DNA of 15,606 nucleotides from Gemmatimonadota bacterium (GTDB taxonomy: Bacteria > Gemmatimonadota > Gemmatimonadetes > Longimicrobiales > Gaopeijiaceae). The DNA lies in contig JBDHHQ010000094.1 in the NCBI GenBank assembly GCA_039589315.1, positions 1 through 15,606 of the forward strand. The letters are read 5' to 3'. The translations under genes were made by a program, and so were the position numbers. Numbering within the stretch: position 1 is the stretch's first letter; each line of letters opens with the position of its first letter. Below the pieces are notes generated by a model. It did no database searches, was not told the origin of the DNA, and worked only from the letters and a program-made list of their open reading frames with translations. This document shows, one piece after another, positions 6,027 through 13,392 of the stretch.

Positions 6027-7529
6027 TCAGTCGGTCGCGACCGCCGGGTCCAGACCCTCGTCCCCGGGAACGAAGAACGGCTCCCACTTCTCGGGGGGTG
6101 ACGCGGGCGTCAGCAGACTCACCACGATGAGCAACGACATGGACACGAGGACGCCGGGGATCACGATGTAGTCGCTGGATGCGAAGTCGAACTCGCCCCA
6201 GGTGAAATCGACACCGACGCGCGAAAGGACGCCGAGGGCGACAATCGTGCCCATGCCGCCTGCGATACAGGCGACCCCACCTGCGGACGTCACCCGCTTC
6301 CAGAGGAACGCCGCAAGGAGGGCGGGCGTGAGGCTGGCGCCCACGAGGGAATACGCGTACAGGGCCATGGCGAGCACCGAGTCGAACTGGGTGATCAGCA
6401 CAAGGGCGAGGCCCCCGAACGCCACGATGACCCCGCGCTGCAGGAGGAGCAGGGTACGCTCCCCGGCGTCCGGATCGACGAATCGCTGATAGATGTCCCG
6501 GGTCACGTTGGTGGACGGGATCAGCAGGAAGGTGTTGCCCGTGGACAGCACGATGGCCACCGCGGCCGCCAGCAGGACCGCACCGCCCAGGACGGGGAGA
6601 CCGTGACGGGCGATGTAGAGGATGATCGTTTCGGTGGCGGCCCGTCCCACGACCGAGGTTGCGCCGATGAGGTCCGGGTAGTGGGCCCGTCCGACGATGG
6701 CCAGGAGGGCCAGCGCCGTCTCGAGGAGCACAACACCGACCACCATGCCGATCACGGCCCTGCGAGCCGCGTGGGCGTCCTTGGCGGAGAAGAACTTCTG
6801 GTACATCCCGCTCTCGCCCAGGAGAAGCAGGAACGTCGGGAGAGCGACGCCGGCCACCCACAGCAAGTTGTGACCGCCCAGCGGCGTCATGTGCTGCTCC
6901 GGCAAGGCGTCGATGACAGCGCCCACACCGCCGAAGGTGACCACCATGTAGGGCAAAGCGAACAGCACGCCCAGCGTGATGATCACGCCGTTGAAGATGT
7001 CCACCGTGACGATGGACACCATGCCGGCCAGCGCAGTGAAGATGACGATGGCCGCTGCGGTGATATACATGCCAGCGGTGGGGCTGATGGCTCCGTCCGT
7101 GACGATGGACAGGATCCAGCCGCCGCCCCGGAACTGGTATGCGGCGATGGTAACGTAGGCGAGCACGATGGCCAGCGTCCCGAAGAGGCGCGCCGCGGCG
7201 TTGTACCGCTTCTCCAGCAGGTCGGGCACCGTGTACTCGGCGATCCGGCGGACCCGCCCGGCGATGAAGTACGCGACGATGAGGCCGACCCAGGCGCCCG
7301 AGCTGAACCAGAGCTCGGCGATGCCGGTCCGATAGGCCAATCCCGCACCCCCGAACAGCGAGCCGGACCCGATCCACGTGCACACCAGCGTCCCCACCAG
7401 CAGCACCACCGGCACCGAGCGTCCCGCCACCATGAAGTCGTCGTGACTCTTGACGGACCGGGAGCGCCAGAGGCTGATGCCGATCAGGATCACGGGGTAC
7501 GCCAGCACCACGATTACGAGCAGGCTCAT
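6027..7529 (-). CDS. Sodium:solute symporter (SSS) family protein, 500 aa
   Basis: About 13 hydrophobic segments and SSS-type motifs DFMVAGR, TWIGSGSLFGGAG, YTVPDLLEKRY, YQKFFSAK and AIVLST. SD GAGGA upstream of ATG. Substrate unknown. Confidence 0.93.
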   Translation of the reverse strand: MSLLVIVVLAYPVILIGISLWRSRSVKSHDDFMVAGRSVPVVLLVGTLVCTWIGSGSLFGGAGLAYRTGIAELWFSSGAWVGLIVAYFIAGRVRRIAEYTVPDLLEKRYNAAARLFGTLAIVLAYVTIAAYQFRGGGWILSIVTDGAISPTAGMYITAAAIVIFTALAGMVSIVTVDIFNGVIITLGVLFALPYMVVTFGGVGAVIDALPEQHMTPLGGHNLLWVAGVALPTFLLLLGESGMYQKFFSAKDAHAARRAVIGMVVGVVLLETALALLAIVGRAHYPDLIGATSVVGRAATETIILYIARHGLPVLGGAVLLAAAVAIVLSTGNTFLLIPSTNVTRDIYQRFVDPDAGERTLLLLQRGVIVAFGGLALVLITQFDSVLAMALYAYSLVGASLTPALLAAFLWKRVTSAGGVACIAGGMGTIVALGVLSRVGVDFTWGEFDFASSDYIVIPGVLVSMSLLIVVSLLTPASPPEKWEPFFVPGDEGLDPAVATD

Positions 7530-7584
7530 CGAGGTCCTCGCAGGTCGAATGGAACGGGGGGCCTCGCGGCACGCACGCCCGTCA

Positions 7585-8868
7585 TCAAGGCGTGCCAGTG
7601 CCGGACGGCGCGATGCGCAGGATCCGGTCGTCGCCGGCCCTGGGGCTCCCTCGGGACCGATTGCTGGTCCCGACGTAGAGGGCGCCGTCGGGGCCTACGA
7701 CCATACCCCGAAGGCGTCCGTAGACCGAGCGGCCCTCGGGGGTTACGAACCACCGCTCGATGGCGGTGGGCCGGTGAGGATCGGCCGGATCCTCGAAGCG
7801 GATGCGGAAGAGCGCCTCGGTGCGCAGGGTGGAGTAGAACAGGTCGCCCCTGAGGTCGGGAATGAGATCGCCGTCGTAGAAGATCAGGTCGCCCGTGGGC
7901 GCCCCCTCGGGCCACATGAGCAGGGGGTCTTCCAGACCCTGGGCCCCAGGCGCGCCGACTGCCAGTGGCCACCCGTAGTTCTTGCCGCGTTCGGTGATGT
8001 TGATCTCGTCCCGGCCCCCGACGCCGGGCCACTCCCCGCTGGGCCCGTGCTCGGCCGTGAAGAGCGCTCCCGTGTCCGGGTGCCACGTGATTCCCTGCAC
8101 GTTCCGGTGACCGTAGCTGAAGATGGGACTGCCACCGAACGGATTGTCGCCGGGGATCGAGCCGTCAGGGGTGATCCGCAGCACGCTGCCGGCCGGGTCG
8201 TCCAGATCCTGGGCCCGCTCCCTCTCCCACACCTCACCGGCGCCGATGTAGAGGAGGCCGTCGGGGCCGAACTGGATCCGTCCGCCGTTGTGGTTGGCTC
8301 GCGCGGGCAGATCGTCCAGGATCACTTCGAGCCGGCCACCGCGGGCCCGCTCCTCCCGGATGCGGGCCACTCGGTTCACGCCTCCGTGCTCGTTGGAGGT
8401 GTACATGACGTACACCCACGGCTGAGCCGGAAAGTCGGGGTGCAGGGCGATGCCCATCAGGCCCCCTTCACCCCGGGTCCGCACGTCGCCCACCACCGCC
8501 CAGGGCGTCGGGTCCAGCCTGCCGTCGGATGCGATGACCCGGATGCGCCCCGGCCGCTCGGTCACGAGCATGCGTCCGTCGGGCGTGAAGACCATGCCCC
8601 AGACCACCTCGAGCCCCTCGGCGAAGGTCTCGATGCGAAGCCCGGCCGGAGACTCCACGGCCCGCTCCCGCGGCATGTCCGGGGGCCCGCCCATGACGGG
8701 ACGCGACTGGCAGGCCACGGCGGGTGGCAGCAGGAGCGCACCCACGACGCCCAGCACGACTTGCCGACGGGGGACCCGGCGGTGCCTCGGTTCCGGGCTG
8801 CCCCACCGCCGTACGCGGCGTCTGCCTGCTGGCGCCGAGTGGGGCCGGGGCGGTGCGGAAGTGGTCAA
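7585..8868 (-). CDS. PQQ-dependent soluble sugar dehydrogenase (GSDH/YliI-like beta-propeller), predicted lipoprotein
   Basis: Motifs VTERPGRI, GEGGLMGIALHPDF, HNGGRIQFGPDG, GHRNVQG, EHG, DEIN and NYGWP. Signal region PRRQVVLGVVGALLLPPAVA-C. The start is uncertain: TTG at 8868 (GGAG upstream) or GTG at 8970 (GAGGAG upstream). Confidence 0.88.
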   Translation of the reverse strand: MTTSAPPRPHSAPAGRRRVRRWGSPEPRHRRVPRRQVVLGVVGALLLPPAVACQSRPVMGGPPDMPRERAVESPAGLRIETFAEGLEVVWGMVFTPDGRMLVTERPGRIRVIASDGRLDPTPWAVVGDVRTRGEGGLMGIALHPDFPAQPWVYVMYTSNEHGGVNRVARIREERARGGRLEVILDDLPARANHNGGRIQFGPDGLLYIGAGEVWERERAQDLDDPAGSVLRITPDGSIPGDNPFGGSPIFSYGHRNVQGITWHPDTGALFTAEHGPSGEWPGVGGRDEINITERGKNYGWPLAVGAPGAQGLEDPLLMWPEGAPTGDLIFYDGDLIPDLRGDLFYSTLRTEALFRIRFEDPADPHRPTAIERWFVTPEGRSVYGRLRGMVVGPDGALYVGTSNRSRGSPRAGDDRILRIAPSGTGTP

Positions 8869-9002
8869 GGCGTGCTCCGGGCTGCGTCGGGGGTCGCGGG
8901 ATCGGTCATGCGGGGGTGCAATCTGGGGCCAGGCGCCCGGTCTGGAAACTCGTGGGTGCCGTCCGCTCACGGCCTGCGCTCCTCGGGGCTCCGGACTCCG
9001 CC

Positions 9003-10025
9003 TCACGCCGGGTGGGCTGGCGCACGACCCTGGACCCGCAACTGCTCGGCCAGGAACCGAGCCGCCTCTGCCTCCGCCCAGAACACGGGCGCCCAGGGTC
9101 TGCCACCGGCCACGAAGCCCACGTGGCCCCCGTGATCGAAGAACCCCGACACCAGGTAGTCGGAATCCCGGGCCGAACGTTCGGTAGCCGGGTCGTACGG
9201 AGAGAAAGGGTCGTTCCGTGACTGTATGAGCAGCGCGGGTGTGCGGATCCCATCGAGGAAGTACTTCGAGCTCGAACGGGCGTAATAGTCGGCGGCGTCG
9301 GCGAAGCCGTGCAGCGGCGCCGTCACCAGGTCGTCGAACGCCCAGATGGTCTCGGCGGCCAGGGCCGCATCGAGATCGATGTGGGGGCTGACGAGGTCTG
9401 CCTTTCCCAGCGCTTTGGCCTTCAGGTCCTTGAGGAAGTAGCGGGTGTAGGCCCGGCCCATCACGCCCTCTTCGAGCCGCCGGGAGCCCGCGGCCAGGTC
9501 GAAGGGCACCGAGATCGTGGCCCCGACGGCCACCGGGGACCCAGCGGCCCGCTCGCCCAGGTACTTGAGGAGCACGTTGCCGCCCAGCGAAAAGCCCAGG
9601 ACTCCCACCGCGCGATCCGGGTAGCGGGAGCGGAGCGTATCCACGACGAAGCCCAGGTCCCCGGTCTCCCCCGAATGGTAGAGGCGCGGCAGGCGGTTGA
9701 GCTCGCCGCTGCAGCCCCGGAAGTTGAGCCCCACGGCCCTGAGGCCCTGATTCGCCAGCTCGCGGTACGCCGCCAGCATGTAGGGCCGGCGAGTGAAGCC
9801 GCCCAGGCCATGCAGCACTACCACCAGCGGTGCGGTGGCTCCGATCGCGGGGGCGAAGTCCAGATCCAGGAAGTCCCCGTCCGGCGTGTCCCACCGCTCG
9901 CGCGTGAGGGGCAGGGGGTGGAGGGGCCTCAGGTACTTGCCGCCCACGGTCTGGGCGTGGCCGCCCGGAAGCCACCAGGCCGCCCGGAAGGGAGCCGGTT
10001 GGAAAGGCAGGGGCACCCGGGGCAT
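9003..10025 (-). CDS. YheT-family alpha/beta hydrolase, 340 aa
   Basis: GGHAQT, DGDFLDLD, HGLGG, NFRGCSG, YHSGET, nucleophile elbow GFSLGG, acid NDPF and His GGHVGF. ATG at 10025 overlaps the upstream stop (TGATG). Confidence 0.92.
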   Translation of the reverse strand: MPRVPLPFQPAPFRAAWWLPGGHAQTVGGKYLRPLHPLPLTRERWDTPDGDFLDLDFAPAIGATAPLVVVLHGLGGFTRRPYMLAAYRELANQGLRAVGLNFRGCSGELNRLPRLYHSGETGDLGFVVDTLRSRYPDRAVGVLGFSLGGNVLLKYLGERAAGSPVAVGATISVPFDLAAGSRRLEEGVMGRAYTRYFLKDLKAKALGKADLVSPHIDLDAALAAETIWAFDDLVTAPLHGFADAADYYARSSSKYFLDGIRTPALLIQSRNDPFSPYDPATERSARDSDYLVSGFFDHGGHVGFVAGGRPWAPVFWAEAEAARFLAEQLRVQGRAPAHPA

Positions 10026-10615
10026 CAGAGCGAAAGCCCGGCCCTCATCCACGGAGGATCGAGCTGTGCGATGCGCCCGAAAACGGGGCACGCCGGATCG
10101 TGGGCGCCGGGGAGGTAACCAGTGGAGAGGAGGAACTCACCCGTGATCTCCCCGCCGGTGAACCGGAACGTCCTCTTGAACAGCTTGACCCAGTCGGCCT
10201 TGGCCCGTGGAAGCCTGCCCTCGTCGTCGTCCATGAGCTGATGGGCGTCGAGCCAATCCGCGAACGAGCCGTGCTCGTCCCGGATCTCCAGGACACGGCC
10301 GGCGTTGTGGATGGCCGCATCCACCTTGAGCCGGTTCCGGATCACGCCGGGATCCGACAGCAATCTGGCCCGGTCCTCTTCACCGTAGGCGGCGACGACC
10401 GCCGGATCGAAATCGTCGTAGGCCCGGCGGAAGCTCTCCTGCTTCTTCAGGATGGTGAGCCAGGACAGGCCTGCCTGGTTCATCTCCAGGCATAGGCGCT
10501 CGAAGAGGCGGCGGTCGTCCCGGATCGGATAGCCGTACTCGTTGTCGTGATAGGGACCGTGGTACGGATGGTCCACGGCGTGGGCGCAGTAGCTGCTCGG
10601 TGCGATCTCGGCCAT
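10025..10615 (-). CDS. tag: DNA-3-methyladenine glycosylase I, 196 aa
   Basis: YHDNEYG, LFERLCLEMNQAGLSWLTILKK and IRNRLK motifs, with N-terminal Cys/His and C-terminal HDPAC as likely zinc ligands. Confidence 0.95.
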   Translation of the reverse strand: MAEIAPSSYCAHAVDHPYHGPYHDNEYGYPIRDDRRLFERLCLEMNQAGLSWLTILKKQESFRRAYDDFDPAVVAAYGEEDRARLLSDPGVIRNRLKVDAAIHNAGRVLEIRDEHGSFADWLDAHQLMDDDEGRLPRAKADWVKLFKRTFRFTGGEITGEFLLSTGYLPGAHDPACPVFGRIAQLDPPWMRAGLSL

Positions 10616-10626
10616 GGGACAAGATA
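10616..10626 (-). promoter_or_regulatory. Putative -10 box for leaderless transcription of tag
   Basis: Minus strand reads TATCTT-gtccc-ATG, an AT-rich TANNNT hexamer 5 nt before the start, with no SD. Confidence 0.5.
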
Positions 10627-10785
10627 AGCCACCGGGCGCCGCGCCGGGACCACCGCCACAGTGCGCCGAGCGCTCGGGTCACGGGCCCACTCCCACGGCA
10701 CCCCTGGACCCCTCCGGGCCGGATGCCCACCTTGGTGAGTCCACTCGCATAGGTTCGCCGTTCTTCCAACGAGGTGTTCGCGACC

Positions 10786-13392
10786 GTGTCCTCCGCCACG
10801 TTCGCCACCCGCTCGGGTGTGCCCATCATGGCAGCAGCTGCCCTGTTGTCCTGCGCCCCGGACGCTCCCGCTCCGCTGGACCTGGCCGAAGGAGTCCCAT
10901 GGGAGCTGGCGGAGCACCGGAGGGTCACGATCTCCGACGTCCGCTACGCGTTCGACTTGCGCATCCCCGCCGAGCGTGCGGAGCCGATCGACGGCTCGGG
11001 TGTGATCGCCTTCCAGTGGAGTGACCCGGCGGGGCAGCCGCTGGTCCTGGACTTCCTGGAGCCCGAGAAGGTCAGGAGCGTGAGCGTGAACGGCACCGAG
11101 GTGGCCTTCGAGCGGATCAACGACCACCTCGTGGTTCCACCCGAGCGCCTGGTCGACTCCGGGGAAAACGAGGTGGTGCTCGAGTTCACGGCGGGGGACG
11201 GGTCGCTCAACCGAAACGACGAGTTCCTCTACACGCTGTTCGTTCCCGAGCGGGCCCGGTTCGCGCTACCCGTCTTCGATCAGCCCAACCTGAAGGGTCG
11301 GTTCGCCGTGACCCTGACGGTGCCGGAGGGCTGGACCGCGGTTGCCAACGGGCCGCTGCTCGAGGAGACGCCGGGCCAGGACGAGACCGGCGCCCCGGTC
11401 ACCACTCTCCGGTTCACCGAGTCCCGTCCGCTGCCCAGCTACCTGTTCGCCTTCGCCGCCGGGCGCTTCCAGGTCGAGACCGCCGAGCGGGACGGTCGGG
11501 AGATGCGCTTCTATCACCGGGAGACCGACCGGCAGAAGGTGGAGCGGAACCTGGAGCCGATCTTCGACCTCCACGCCACCGCGCTGGCGTGGCTCGAGGA
11601 GTACACCGGCATCGAGTACCCCTTCCAGAAGTTCGACTTCGTCGGGGTCCCCTCGTTCCAGTACGGTGGCATGGAGCACGCTGGGGCGATCCTGTACCGC
11701 GCGTCCAGCCTCTTTCTCGAGGAGTCGGCGACCCAGGCCCAGTACCTGGGGCGTGCGAGCGTCATCGCCCACGAGACGGCCCACATGTGGTTCGGTGACT
11801 ACGTGACCATGAACTGGTTCGACGACGTCTGGATGAAGGAGGTCTTCGCCAACTTCATGGCGGCCAAGATCATGCAGCCGTCGTTCCCCGACATCAATCA
11901 CGATCTGAGGTTTCTGTCGCACCATCAGTCCGCCTATGCCGTTGACCGTACCGCGGGCGCCAACGCCATCCGCCAGCCCCTGGACAATCTCAGGGAAGCC
12001 GGCACGCTGTACGGCGCCATCATCTACCAGAAGGCACCCGTGGTGATGCGGCTGCTCGAGCGCATGGTGGGAGAGAGCACGTTTCAGGAGGCGATGCGAC
12101 ACTACTTGAGAGCCTTCGCGTACGAGAACGCCACCTGGCTCGACCTGGTCGACATCCTCGACGTGCTTTCTCTGGAAGACCTGAGGGCTTGGAGTCGCGT
12201 GTGGGTCGAGGACGCGGGCAGGCCGGACGTCCAGGTCGACGTGAGAGTGAATGACAACACGGTATTGGAGGCGCTCGTGGTGAGGCAGTCCGACCCGGCC
12301 GGGCAGGACCGGGTGTGGCCCCAGCCCCTGGATCTGTGGCTCGGATACGGTGACGACTTCGAGCGGGTGGAGGCTCTTCTCTTCGGCGGGGCGGTGGAGG
12401 TTGCCGGTCCGCGGGGCCGGCTGGCGCCGGACTTCGTTCTTCCCGAGAGCCGAGCGCTCGGATATGGCGGCTTCCGGTTGGATCCAGGCAGTCGCGCCTA
12501 CTTGCTCGAGCATCTCCCCGAGCTGGACGATCCCGTGGTCCGCGGTGTGGCCTGGCTCACGATGTGGGAGGCGCTCCTCAATCGGGACATCGAGCCCGTC
12601 CCATTCCTGCAGCTGCTGCTCCGCGGGGTGGCCGAGGAGGCGGACGAGCTGAACGTCCAGCGGGTCCTGGGCTTCCTTCGGACGACCTACTGGCGCCTGC
12701 TGCCCGCCGAGCAGCGGACCGAGTGGGCGCCCGAGGTCGAAGGGGTGCTCTGGTCACGGTTGGAAGCAGCCTCCACGACGACCGCCCGAGCGGCGCTCTT
12801 CGGCGCGTACCGGGACGTGGCGCTGACCCCGGCAGCGGTGGATCGGCTCGGCCGGGTCTGGGCCGAGGAGGAAACGGTCCCCGACCTACCCCTTGCCGAG
12901 ACCGACTACACGGCCATGGCGTACGAGCTGGCCGTGCGGGGCGTTGACGGTTGGCGGGAGGTGCTGGACCGCCAGGCCGAGCGGATCGAGAATCCGGACC
13001 GCCGGGCTCGCTTCGACTTCGTGCGTCCCGCGCTGGACTCGGACACCGCCGTCCGCGCGCAGTGGTTCAACGCGTTGGTGGATCCCGCCAATCGGGAGCG
13101 CGAACCCTGGGTGCTGACCGGGCTGGGGTATCTGAACCACCCGCTCCGGGCCTCGGAGTCGGAGCCATTCGTGCAAGCGAGTCTCGAGCTGGTCGAGGAG
13201 ATCCAGAGGACCGGCGACATCTTCTTCCCGAAGCGGTGGCTGGACGCGACCCTGAGCGGCCACAATACGCCGGCGGCTGCCGAGACCGTACGGTCGTTCC
13301 TCGTGGGGCGGCCGGACTACCCACCCCGGTTGCGGGCCAAGATCCTCCAGTCGGCCGACATGCTCTTCCGGGCCACGGACATCGTTGGCTAG
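10786..13392 (+). CDS. M1 family zinc aminopeptidase (PepN-like) with ERAP1-like C-terminal helical domain, predicted lipoprotein
   Basis: GGMEH (GXMEN variant), HETAH-x18-E (HETAHMWFGDYVTMNWFDDVWMKE), catalytic Tyr in IIYQK and FDQPNLKGRF. N-terminal AAAALLS-C lipobox. GTG at 10786 is preferred because SD GAGGTG lies at 10771-10776. Confidence 0.93.
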   Translation: MSSATFATRSGVPIMAAAALLSCAPDAPAPLDLAEGVPWELAEHRRVTISDVRYAFDLRIPAERAEPIDGSGVIAFQWSDPAGQPLVLDFLEPEKVRSVSVNGTEVAFERINDHLVVPPERLVDSGENEVVLEFTAGDGSLNRNDEFLYTLFVPERARFALPVFDQPNLKGRFAVTLTVPEGWTAVANGPLLEETPGQDETGAPVTTLRFTESRPLPSYLFAFAAGRFQVETAERDGREMRFYHRETDRQKVERNLEPIFDLHATALAWLEEYTGIEYPFQKFDFVGVPSFQYGGMEHAGAILYRASSLFLEESATQAQYLGRASVIAHETAHMWFGDYVTMNWFDDVWMKEVFANFMAAKIMQPSFPDINHDLRFLSHHQSAYAVDRTAGANAIRQPLDNLREAGTLYGAIIYQKAPVVMRLLERMVGESTFQEAMRHYLRAFAYENATWLDLVDILDVLSLEDLRAWSRVWVEDAGRPDVQVDVRVNDNTVLEALVVRQSDPAGQDRVWPQPLDLWLGYGDDFERVEALLFGGAVEVAGPRGRLAPDFVLPESRALGYGGFRLDPGSRAYLLEHLPELDDPVVRGVAWLTMWEALLNRDIEPVPFLQLLLRGVAEEADELNVQRVLGFLRTTYWRLLPAEQRTEWAPEVEGVLWSRLEAASTTTARAALFGAYRDVALTPAAVDRLGRVWAEEETVPDLPLAETDYTAMAYELAVRGVDGWREVLDRQAERIENPDRRARFDFVRPALDSDTAVRAQWFNALVDPANREREPWVLTGLGYLNHPLRASESEPFVQASLELVEEIQRTGDIFFPKRWLDATLSGHNTPAAAETVRSFLVGRPDYPPRLRAKILQSADMLFRATDIVG

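Noticed and set aside
7585..8868. Beta-propeller as the PAL lyase partner of the PHM-like enzyme (a bacterial peptide-amidation system)
   Set aside because: The motifs (HNGGRI, GHRNVQG, NYGWP) are those of PQQ sugar dehydrogenases rather than NHL-repeat PAL. No Gly-extended precursor peptide is evident nearby.
7585..9975. 796-aa ORF suggesting a large fusion in front of the PQQ dehydrogenase
   Set aside because: The first ~335-370 aa are Arg/Pro/Gly-rich off-frame translation of the YheT-like gene in stop-poor high-GC DNA. The real protein starts near 8868-8970.
10770..10780. CGAGGTGTTCG shared upstream of the aminopeptidase and the PHM-like gene (2007-2017, minus strand)
   Set aside because: It is mostly the Shine-Dalgarno core GAGGTG, and the extra matching bases are too few to claim a shared operator.
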